Shown here piece after piece: positions 30,110-39,675 of a stretch of DNA of 64,000 nucleotides; the first letter of the stretch is position 1; every line of letters starts with the position of its first letter. The position numbers were made by a program, and so were the translations under genes. The notes under the pieces were generated by a model, which saw only the letters and a list, made by a program, of their open reading frames with translations, was not told the origin of the DNA and did not search any database. This DNA is from Blastocladiella emersonii ATCC 22665 (Eukaryota > Fungi > Blastocladiomycota): assembly GCA_025594325.1 (NCBI GenBank), contig JANHCV010000015.1, forward strand, positions 682,001 to 746,000, in the 5' to 3' direction.

Positions 30110-32395
30110 CGACTTCTCGGAATTTTGGACCCCGACGCGTGCGCAGCGGCGCTGGCAGCGGCGTCGGGCCTGAGTGGGCAGGAGCAGGAGGACTATCTCG
30201 AGAGGACGCTCCTGCACCCGCACGCCACGACCCCGGTTGGCGGCCGCTTCCACCACCCCGACTTCAGGACGGTGTGGCTCTTGCTGCACGACTCGGCGCT
30301 CGTCGCGTCGGTCATGCCGCAGGGCCTGAAGCTGCCGCTCATCTCGGAGCCGCCTCCTCGCCTGCGGCCGCGGACAGTAGCGGCCTCGGCGGAGGAGCGG
30401 GAGATCCTCGATCGCGAGGTGCAGACATGGGTCAAGAAGGGTGCCGTGGCGCCGGCGGGTCCGTGCGACCGGGCCGCGGTGCACCCAACGTTTGTTTGGA
30501 TCCAGCGATCGGGAAAAGCGCGCGTGATCACGAACTATTGCTACGTCAACCAGTTCATCCCGGCGGAGCGCTTCAAGATGGAGACGCTCACGTTGGTGCG
30601 GTCGGTCATCCCGGAGATGGAATGGGCCGGCGTGGTCGACATCAAGGACTTCTTCCTGCACCTGGGCGTTCACCCGGACCACCGCCACCTGCTGCGGTTG
30701 GAGGTGAACGGGAAGGTCTACGAGCCGCTGGCGAACCTGTTCGGCCTGTGCCTCCTTCCCCGCGTCTTCACAAAGTTGATGCGCCCGCTGCTCGGGATCC
30801 TGCGCTCGGTCGGCGCGACGACGATGGCCTGGATCGACGACATCATCATCGGCGCGGAGTCGAGGCACCTGTGCCTGCGGCTCCTCGTCGCTCTCGTTCG
30901 GCTCCTCCAGCTGCACGGCATGCGCATCTCGTGGGCCAAGCTTGAGCTGCCGGCGCAGTCGCTGATCTGGATCGGCTGGGAGTGGGACCTCGCGCGCAAG
31001 GCGTTCGCGCCGTCCCTGGCGAGGCGCCGGGATCTTGAGGAGTCCCTGGCCGCCCTGATCCGACGATCGCAGGCGCCGCCCCGCACGGTGGCGAGCGTGG
31101 TCGGCAAGGTGGTCTCGATGGCGCCAGCGATTGGCGACCTCAACCTCCGCACCATGGAGCTACGGCGCGTCTACCGCACGGCGGCGATGGGGACGATACG
31201 CCGCGGCGAGTGGGACGCGCGCATAGTCGGCGTGACCGGGACGGTTCGCGAGGACCTCGAGGACGCTCTCGCTCTCCTCCGCCGCGCGACCGAACCGGCA
31301 CCGCTCCAGTGGACCGAGCAGATCACGACGTGCTTGGATGCGTCGGGCTCGGGCTGGTCCCTGAACGCTATCATCAACGGGACCCTTCACCGAGTCGGCG
31401 GCCGCTGGACGGCAGCACAGCTCGACCCAATCATCCCGCTCCTGCAACAGGCACCGACGCGCCACCAGCTGGCGGCGGCGTTGGTGCGGGGAGTGCCGGC
31501 GACGGAGTTTGTACACATCGGCGTCCTGGAGCTGATGGCAGTCCAGCTCAGCCTCGTGGCGCTCTTGAATCGCCCGGCCGCGGGCAAGGCGTTACGGAAT
31601 GGACACCTCCTTGCAAATTTGGACAACCTGTCCGCAGCGCTCTACTTGGACCGCCGCGGCGGCAGGAAATGCCCAATGATGAACGCCGTGGTGAGAGCGA
31701 CGTGGGCGTGGGCAGCGGACCGCGGCCTCACTCTCCACGCGCGCCACCTCCCACGAGCAGAGAACAAGCAGGCCGACCTGGACTCGAAGGCGGGGCACGA
31801 CCCGTACGGGTGGATGCTGCACCCGGCCCTCTTTGCGCAGCTACGCCAGCTGTGGCCGGTGTTGATCGACCTGTTTGCGACTGCGCTGAACACGCAGATC
31901 CCGGATCGCTTTGTCTCGTACTCGCCCGACCCGCACGCGACGGGGACAGACGCGTTCTCGATGAACTGGGGCAGGGAGGACGCGTGGATCTACCCGCCCT
32001 GGGGGCTGCTCCCGCGCGTCCTCCGCAAGGTCCGCTCGGACGGGGCGACGGCCACGGTGATCGCGCCGTTCTGGCCGACGCAGCCGTGGTACTCGCTCCT
32101 GCTCTCGCTCCTGGTCGACCTGCCCATCCGCCGCCCCAAGTCGGTGCACACGGTCTTCACGCCGGAGGGAACGGCGCCGTCCACTTTGACTACCAAATTA
32201 GTCGCTTGGAGGCTCTCCAGCAATTCTACGCGGCGCGCGGTCTTCCTCCAAAGACTGCGCGCGTGGCGAACGAACGGCTGGCCAAGTCCACCAAGGACGC
32301 ATACGACTCGTCCTGGCGGCAGTGGCTTCTGTGGTGCCGTGGGCAACGATCCGATCCCCTTCATCGATCTGTTGACGCCCTTTGCCGGTTTCTGA
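30110..32395 (+). CDS. DIRS pol (reverse transcriptase, RNase H, Dam-like methyltransferase); 5' end at ~14260-14370 separated by the virus
   Basis: RT: ERFKMETL, VDIKDFFLH, LFGL...PRVFTK, WIDD. RNase H: LDASGSGW, HIGVLEL, LDN, HLP...NKQAD. MT: IDLFAT...DAFS...YPPW...IAPFWPTQPW. Confidence 0.93.
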   Translation, partial: RLLGILDPDACAAALAAASGLSGQEQEDYLERTLLHPHATTPVGGRFHHPDFRTVWLLLHDSALVASVMPQGLKLPLISEPPPRLRPRTVAASAEEREILDREVQTWVKKGAVAPAGPCDRAAVHPTFVWIQRSGKARVITNYCYVNQFIPAERFKMETLTLVRSVIPEMEWAGVVDIKDFFLHLGVHPDHRHLLRLEVNGKVYEPLANLFGLCLLPRVFTKLMRPLLGILRSVGATTMAWIDDIIIGAESRHLCLRLLVALVRLLQLHGMRISWAKLELPAQSLIWIGWEWDLARKAFAPSLARRRDLEESLAALIRRSQAPPRTVASVVGKVVSMAPAIGDLNLRTMELRRVYRTAAMGTIRRGEWDARIVGVTGTVREDLEDALALLRRATEPAPLQWTEQITTCLDASGSGWSLNAIINGTLHRVGGRWTAAQLDPIIPLLQQAPTRHQLAAALVRGVPATEFVHIGVLELMAVQLSLVALLNRPAAGKALRNGHLLANLDNLSAALYLDRRGGRKCPMMNAVVRATWAWAADRGLTLHARHLPRAENKQADLDSKAGHDPYGWMLHPALFAQLRQLWPVLIDLFATALNTQIPDRFVSYSPDPHATGTDAFSMNWGREDAWIYPPWGLLPRVLRKVRSDGATATVIAPFWPTQPWYSLLLSLLVDLPIRRPKSVHTVFTPEGTAPSTLTTKLVAWRLSSNSTRRAVFLQRLRAWRTNGWPSPPRTHTTRPGGSGFCGAVGNDPIPFIDLLTPFAGF

Positions 32396-33186
32396 TCCAC
32401 CGGTTCAAGGAGGTCCGGGTCAGGGCCGGCACGGTCGCAAACGACCGCACGGCCATGGCGGACACGTGGGGTGACTTCCCCAATCGGGGCACGATGACAC
32501 ACGCGTCCAGGAGCGTGGTCGTCTCCAACGTGCTCGAGGGACTTGAGGCGATGCAGGGCCCGACGATCCCAACGAACGAGATCCCCGTGTTCGACATCCG
32601 CATCCTCGACGCGTACGCGGTGCGGCTTGGCTCGGCCGAGGACGTCCCGCTGCGCATGCTCGGCGCGCGGCTCGCTTTCCTCATCATCTGAGGCGCTCGG
32701 CGGCGGTTCAGCTGCCTCGCGCGCATCCTGCTCACGCACTGCCGCGTCACGCAATCCAAGGTGAAGCTCGCCATCCTCGGTCCCAAGGAGGCGCAGCGAA
32801 CGCTGGTGATGGTCGAGATCGACCGCAACACGCGCGTTGCAGAGCTCGACATCGGCGTGCAGTGGGAGGCGTACATCGCCAGGTCGGCGGCCCGCCGCAA
32901 GGACCCGGCGCGCATGTTCGTCTCATCAAGCGGACCCATCAAGCCAGTGGTGGCGGACACAATCTCGTCGTGGATCCGCGACTTCATGAAGCAGGCGGGA
33001 CTCGAGGGTTTCGTCCCGTACTCGCTCAAGGCAGCGGCGGCGTCGTCGCTCTCAGAATTGGGCGCCACCGACGAGCAAGTTGCTCAAGGAACGTGGGCGT
33101 CGACGCGCACGTTCAAGCGTCACTACCGGCGCCCGGTTCAACTCATTGCGCCGGTGGCCGACGCGACGCGCAACCATGCTAACTAG
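32161..33186 (+). pseudogene. DIRS tyrosine recombinase (start approximate) with an in-frame TGA at 32689-32691
   Basis: STKDAYDSSWRQWLLWC...FL (SAM-like N-domain). ORFs 31210 and 32761 share a frame. The C-terminus has YSLK in place of HSxR, then GTWASTRTFKRHY. Overlaps the pol MT domain in another frame. Confidence 0.88.
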
Positions 33187-33313
33187 GCACACGGTCACCG
33201 CGGTGACCGAGCGATGAGCGACTGGGTAGTGCTCATCGGACGAGCCTGAAGGGCGAGTTTGAATGAGATGCTATCCGAGCTGGAGCTCGGGAACCGCGGT
33301 GTAAGTGTGCCTA
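33184..33313. repeat. DIRS internal complementary region (ICR)
   Basis: 33184-33231 is the reverse complement of 12681-12728 (2 mismatches). 33231-33313 is the reverse complement of 33611-33693 (6 mismatches). Confidence 0.95.
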
Positions 33314-33396
33314 CCCGCCCAACCACACCCAGCACACCGTCATGTGAGTGGCGCGTCGCGTCCAGCGGCGCCTGCAGCGTGCGGAACCTGAACAGC

Positions 33397-33619
33397 AGAG
33401 TGGGGAGCAGAAGGAGCCCGCGTCCGGCCTTATATATGGGCCGGGTGGCGGGGGCCCCCCGCCGGCGGCGCACCAATCGCGCGCCTTTGGCGATTTTCGT
33501 TTTCCTTTTCCTTCCACGGTCTCGTGACCCGTTTCCGCTCACACGGGTCGCGGGCCAGCGCTCCCCTGGTCATGTGAAATTGCGTCAGAGCTATCCTTCT
33601 CACGAGAATATAGGCACAC
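33397..33619. repeat. DIRS right ITR, followed by a 75-bp right extension to 33694
   Basis: Reverse complement of 12720-12942. Confidence 0.95.
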
Positions 33620-33694
33620 TTACACCGCGGTTTCCAAGCTCCAGCTCGGATAGCGTCTCATTCAAACTCGCCCTTCGGGCTTGTCCAATGAGCA

Positions 33695-36582
33695 AGCTAC
33701 AAGCGCCATCGGCGTTGCAGACGGGGAAACGCTCCTTGCAGTGCGCCGTTGCTGGCAATCCTGGCTTGCATGCAACTGGACACCCGAGCAGCTTCTCGCT
33801 TGACGCACCAAACATCATGCTACGTTTGGTGATTCCTTCGCTCGTGATAATCCGAACCGCATCCTTAACACATTCGCGCCTGTGCGTTTTCTTAAGCGCC
33901 GCCTTGGTGCGGGTTATCCATCGACTGACAAGGGTACGGACCTAAAAGCCTTCAGGAAAGATCTGCTTGTCGACTCGGCTGCCGGCGCGTACTGGGGCGT
34001 GAAGACTACAACTGTAAAATCGTTGGAATGTGTCATCAATCAGACCTTGCTTCGCATTGGTCCAGATGACACGCTCCGCTTCTCGAGCCTGCCTTCTCAC
34101 TCGCCCCTGGATGTTCTCTCTTGTAACAAGTTGGACGTGCAGGCGCTAATTGTCCAGGCCAGTACCGCCTTGCTTGGCGCGCTCTCATTCGTGTTTGGCC
34201 CTGATTGCGAGCCGCGACGCCAAGGCGCTTACCCGCCAGCCAGCGAATGGGGCGATAACCCTCCTCTGCCCAAGTTCCAATGTCGCATCAAGTTTTGCGC
34301 CGACAACCCGCTTACCGTTATGGAGTCATTGGCTGCGCAGAAGCAGCGATTCCATGCGATCCACACGGGATCGACCATGGACACGTACGGCTTGCTCAAC
34401 CTACTTGTTCACGCGGCGCCTCTCCTCGCCAACAACGAGGCGAAACTCTGCTCTCAAATCCACTGTTCAACCGACCGCCTTCCGTCCGTTGCACGGACCC
34501 GCAACGAGTTCATCGCCCGCGCGACTGGGCTTCCGCTTTAAGCCATCCCCACGCTTTTGGGCATCGGGTACCATGATCGCACCAAGGACGATGATTGGGG
34601 TTCGCAGGTCACGCGCTTTGCCTGGAGCGCAGGCCACGTTGAGCGGCACGATGGTCGCAGCAGCGAGGCGTTCACCTTTTTGAAGCTCGACTTTCCGAGC
34701 GTCCCCATCGCGCTCAAAGAGACGCCCTTCCTCCTCGATTCGCTTGTCCGCTGCGCCAAGCAGCTTTGTGAGGCCTCGTTCACGGCTTCGGATCACACTC
34801 TTGGTGCGTGCTCCTCATCCAGTTGACGTGGTCTTCGTTCACTCACACCTTTGAATGTCGTATGTAGCTTCTTCGTGCGCGGTCGGCGCCCTGCTGCCGA
34901 AGCTCGTTGGATTCGCGTTCGCTGCTGGTCGACTCTCATGGAGCGGTGCCACCGCTCACTGCTTGCCGTGGCCCAGCATGCCAGAGCTTTGGTCAGCGCT
35001 TGCCACAAGCTCGGTGCTCGCAGCCAACGCGGCCGAAATGGTCGCACAAGCCCAGCTTTACAGCTTTCCTGTTGCGGCGGCTGGAGCGAATGGCAAGGAC
35101 GCGTACTTGTACTGTGTCAACGGCACGTTCAAGCTTTCCAATCCCGTGTCTTTCACCCCGCTCGTGGTGTCGCTGGAAATCCAGGACGGGTCGATTGTGC
35201 ACGAGTTCCAGAGCGTGCGGATTACCCGTCTTGCAGGCGGTCGCGAGGCACGTATTGCTGCTTACGTCCCGCGCCATCTCGTTGAGGCCGCTCCCAGTGG
35301 CGTTCGACCCCGCGTTAGCTTCCGTCGCGTGCTGGTCGGATCCGAGACTCTGGCCACGGATGAGCGGCTGACCTCAATCCCGCTGACCGCCGTCGCTGCA
35401 ACTCTCGTTCCCGTTGGCTCGCTTGCTTCCACGTTCACAAAGTCGGTTGACTTCTCGGCGGCCAATCGCTACACGGCAACACAGCGCCTAGTTGTCTCTG
35501 TCAAGCATGTTGCCGAGGATGCCAACGCGATTTATCTCGGTCTTAGCGTTCCGTCCGCCGAGCGCACGCAAGTCCATTGCGGTTCGGCTCGAGGCGGCGA
35601 AAAGAGCCGTGAAATTGAGCTCACGATTGCTGGTGCTTCTCATGTTTATCAGTTCTCGTACCCCGTTGAGATTACAACTTACAAAGACCCCAGGTCCAGC
35701 CGAGCTTGCGTCTTCTTGAAGGCGAAGCGGGAGCTCTCAGCGACCAGCTCAAAGTTGTACTACTTGCCTCATCTTCCTTGCCTCGCCGATTACTCTGACG
35801 TTTTCGCGCCTGGCACTTGCGCTGACGTGGACCAGCGGGCTTCACTTCACTCGCTTCGCTTCGCAGCGACTGAGGATGCTGGGGATCTTATTGCCAACGT
35901 GTTCTCCAAGGACGTGAAGCTGTCTGTCCCTCAGGCAGCCCTTCTTCTCCGCATTTTCGCCATCGACGTATTTGAAGCATTCCGTGATGGCGCTCGCGTG
36001 GTTCACTTTTTCGAATACAGCGAGGAGGACGGCAACGACCACGTCGCTCTCCTGTTCTTGAACCGCCTGTCGGTAATCCCGCCCATCGACTTGGATCACG
36101 CGCCGACACCTATCCTTGACGTCAGTGTCCTCCCGCATGCCGACTTCGCGCGCGAATTCTTTTGGGGAAAGACATCGAAAATGAGTCGGTCTCCCGCCGC
36201 TCAACAGCCGTTCTCGGAGCTTCTTGCATCACTCGATATTGCTCCAGGCAAGATCAAGAATCTTTATGTTCCCGTCGACTTGGTGGACCACGTTTTTGAT
36301 TACCTCCACGACGGAATTCGCATGGTGCCCACCAAGGTTGTTGCCAACGACGCGGGGCTCCCCGAGTCGGTCTTCAAGACCCTCGTGCCCAGTCTTTATC
36401 GCTGCTTCATGCTCCCGCTCTTCCCTACCAACGGCGCCGAGTACTGCGAGAACCCAGAGTCGACCGACGACTTCGATCTCGCTGGAACGTTTGACTTCAG
36501 CGAGATGGACGATCGGATTGTTGAGCTTGATGCTGACGACGACGGCGAGGATAAGAGCGCGGACGGCGCCAGTAGTTTTTGA
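33695..36582 (+). pseudogene. DUF4470-like copy 4, 3' part
   Basis: Continues the frame broken at 12680. In-frame stops at 33801-33803 (TGA) and 34539-34541 (TAA). Conserved intron 34804-34867; exon 2 is open to 36582. Confidence 0.85.
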
Positions 36583-37048
36583 ATTGGGTTGATTTTGTAA
36601 CGTAATTGAACATAATATTTTTATTTTGCTCTGGCCTGGCCTGCCTTTTGCTCCGACTCGTCGTTGCGCAACCTGTCCTGCGCCAACCGGCAGGCCTCAC
36701 ACCGCCGCCACCGGTGCGAAATGAGCGACGCGTCCGGTCCGCTCGATTGCGTCATGCGGTCGCGCCGCTCAACCGGTGGCGCACGATTCATGAGCCGCCG
36801 CTGCGGGTGTGGCTCAGCCACCTTGACCGCTGCTGCGGCCCGGCTGCGCCACCAAATAAATTTGCGCCACAGTTGCTGCGGCTCGCTTGCGTCGAACTAG
36901 GCCCTTGTCCGCAGCAACAAGCCGCGAGATTCCGCTTGTTTGACATGTGCAGCGCGACTGTCAATGCACGTCATCGTTCAGCCGCTGCTGCGGATCGAGC
37001 CTCCCGCGCGAACGCCTTCCCCCGCACGGACAGGCGGGCGAGCGAGCG

Positions 37049-37055
37049 TATAAAG
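37049..37055 (+). promoter_or_regulatory. TATA box (TATAAAG) of Gly-rich gene A; an equivalent one at 38583-38589 for gene B
   Basis: The same heptamer lies 108-125 nt upstream of both paralog ATGs in GC-rich DNA. Confidence 0.6.
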
Positions 37056-37173
37056 TAGCGGGCCTCCCGCTCACCATCTTTCGACAGCACAACCAACAAC
37101 AAGAAGCGAGCAGGTCTCCTCTCACCCACCCACCCAACCTACCCTCACCTCCCTACCACTACACTACATCAAG

Positions 37174-37746
37174 ATGACCTTTGGCCTCCTCAAGTCGATC
37201 GTTGCCGGGACCCACGCTGGCGCTGGTGCCGGGTACAACGCGGGCGCGCACGTCGGCGGAAACTACAACGCGGGCGGCAACGCTCACCACGGCGGCCAGT
37301 TCAACGGCGGCGGCCACGCGTCGGGCAGCGGCAGCTGGAGCTCCGAGTGGCACTCGGAGTGGTCGTCGAGCTGGAGCAGCAACTGGAACTCGAGCTGGAG
37401 CAGCAGCGGACAGTCGGGCCACGGCGGCTACGGTCGCGGCGGCCGGTGCCAGCGCGACGAGGACGGCAGCGACGGGACCTCGTTCATCCAGTCGTCGGCC
37501 AACGACGACAGCAACAACACCGCGGGCGACGCGTTCCAGGGCGACGGCGGCAACGCGTTCCAGCCCGCTGACGGCAGCGACCAGTTCGCGTTCCACACGG
37601 CGGTCCAGCCCGAGGAGGTGTTTGGCGCGTCGTCCATTTCGTCGGGCCCCGACGAGTTTGCGGCCGTGACCGTCGACCCCGCGGCGGCGTCGCAGCAGGC
37701 CGCTGAAGCCCATGCCTCGTCGGTTGCGACGTCGGCCCTCGCTTGA
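37174..37746 (+). CDS. Gly/Asn/Ser-rich protein A with a W-x3 repeat, 190 aa
   Basis: TATA box, C/A-rich leader and strong GC3 codon bias; clear paralog at 38691. Confidence 0.8.
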   Translation: MTFGLLKSIVAGTHAGAGAGYNAGAHVGGNYNAGGNAHHGGQFNGGGHASGSGSWSSEWHSEWSSSWSSNWNSSWSSSGQSGHGGYGRGGRCQRDEDGSDGTSFIQSSANDDSNNTAGDAFQGDGGNAFQPADGSDQFAFHTAVQPEEVFGASSISSGPDEFAAVTVDPAAASQQAAEAHASSVATSALA

Positions 37747-38690
37747 TCGTGCGGAGCTGGACTCGCGCGCCGTGTAAACATTCCTGTTTGAATACATTCT
37801 GTAACTCAAATAATTTTGTCTCCAACCGATGGGCGCAAGCAAGAGGAGGACTAATGGAATGAGTAGTGGTGCGTCGCGTTCGAGCTAATCAACGGCGCGT
37901 CCAAGACGGTGAGGCAGCGGGAAACCCGAAACTACCTTGATGGTTCGACCAATGTCAGGATAGACATCATCAGCAATCAGGAGTGCAAGTCACCGACCTT
38001 CGCCTCTCATCGTCGTTCGTGAATGCGACGGCGAACATGAGGTGCAATCAGCACCCCTGGTGCGACGCGTTGAGCGACGCGTTTCGACGCGTCGAGCTAT
38101 CACCTGGCCCGCGCGAGACAACCGCGTATCTCTCGTTGAACGACGGCTGCACTCCCGGACTGACCATGGGCTTGCAGTTCGTCATCGCTTGTCACCGCCC
38201 CCGCGACGCCCATGCGCCGAACCGCTGTCGCCCTTGGCAGCACGCGCCACTATACGCGTGTCTTTCGTCACTCGCCATCGCGGAACTCGATGGGCGCAGC
38301 CTAACCGCAGCGCATGGTGCCGCACGACCGGTGGCGCAGAGTTCATGGCGTGCCCGTGCACGAGGGTGCTAAGCCGCCCGATGGCCGTCGCGCGGTCGCT
38401 GCGCCACTACGCCGCGCCCGACTGCGGAGCGCGAACAAGCGGTGCTGCGGCCGCGGCCAAACGGAACGCGTCGGGATTAGCTTCGCTTGCGCGGGAGTGT
38501 GCCAAGGCTCGCGGGCCGGCGGGAGCTAAAGATTGATGGTGATGCGAAGCTTGATGGCGCCGTGCAGCGGGGCGACGGAAAGTATAAAGGGCGGCCGAGC
38601 CCTCGCACTTCGGATCGGATCAGCAGCAACAACAGCAAGAGCGAGCCGGCCTCACTCTACATACTCCACCGAAACCTACTCCTCATCACC

Positions 38691-39320
38691 ATGACCTTCG
38701 GACTCATCAAGGCCATCCTCGGCGGCGGCGCGAACTGCAACACGGGCGGCTCGATCGGCGGCGGCGGTTACATTGGCGGCGGGGCTCACGCCGGCGGGCA
38801 GTACAACGGCGGGGGTTCCTTCAACGGCGGGGGTCACGCAGGCGGCAACTACAATGGCGGTGGTAACTTCAACGGGGGCGGCAACTTCAACGGCGGCCAC
38901 TCGGGTGGCGGCGGGTCGTACAACGGCGGCGGCCACTCGTCGGGCAACTGGAACTCGGAGTGGAACAGCAACTGGAACTCGGACTGGAGCTCGAACTGGG
39001 GCTCCAACTGGGGCGGTAACGGAGGGTACGGCAGCGGCGGCCGCTGCCAGCGCGACGACGACGGGTCGTCGTACCACCTGCAGTCGACGGACAACGGCGG
39101 TGGCGACGCGTTCCAGTCGGCCGGCGACGCGTTCCAGGCCTCCTCGGCTCAGCAGCAGCACGCCGACTCGTTCTCGGCCGCTAGCGCTACCTCGCACAAT
39201 AGCGTTGACGAGCTCTCGGTCGCCTCGACCGTCGACCACTCGTCCGTCTCGCACGCCGCGGACGCGCACGCCCAGGCCGAGGCTGCTGCGTCGGTCCATG
39301 CGTCGTCGACCATCGCCTAA
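38691..39320 (+). CDS. Gly/Asn/Ser-rich protein B with a W-x3 repeat, 209 aa
   Basis: Shares MTFGL, the six-Trp block, GGYGxGGRCQRDxDG and two GDAFQ motifs with protein A. Confidence 0.8.
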   Translation: MTFGLIKAILGGGANCNTGGSIGGGGYIGGGAHAGGQYNGGGSFNGGGHAGGNYNGGGNFNGGGNFNGGHSGGGGSYNGGGHSSGNWNSEWNSNWNSDWSSNWGSNWGGNGGYGSGGRCQRDDDGSSYHLQSTDNGGGDAFQSAGDAFQASSAQQQHADSFSAASATSHNSVDELSVASTVDHSSVSHAADAHAQAEAAASVHASSTIA

Positions 39321-39675
39321 GCGTGCGGCCTCGTTTGAAACGGGCGTCCGCCCTGTCGTTCACACTGTCGAGTCGTATCTGGAATACATTTACTTGATAT
39401 TAAAACCTTTGTGTGCGTCCGGTCGCTCAACATCAACCAACGGGCGCGGTCCAACCCGCGACCCGCGACCCGCGCTCGCGAAAGTGTCTCGCGCTGGTCA
39501 CATGATTGATCGACGCGTCGCGGCTGGTTCGGCCGTGACGTGCGTGAGGTTTTCAGCTTGGCCCCGCTTGAATGCTTTCTTCCTGTTAGTGTGAGACACC
39601 TCGCAAAAGTTGCATGGATTGGTCAGAAAAATCTAGGCAGTATAGTTCAATTAAATATTCGAAGCAATGCAGCTG

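Larger units (their letters stand above)
12681..33694 (+). mobile_element. Complete DIRS-type tyrosine-recombinase retrotransposon (~5.27 kb without the nested virus)
   Basis: Inverted terminal repeats, an internal complementary region, gag, RT-RNaseH-methyltransferase and an overlapping YR ORF. Removing the element restores the host reading frame (EWD|QATSAIGVADGETLLAVRRCWQSWL). Confidence 0.93.

Noticed and set aside
21269-32691. Alternative genetic code or programmed TGA readthrough to explain the in-frame stops
   Set aside because: The conserved GRL motif needs Arg, not Trp. TGA is used as a normal stop elsewhere in the virus (penton, ATPase), the same lesion occurs in DIRS and a host pseudogene, and a single CpG transition explains each case.
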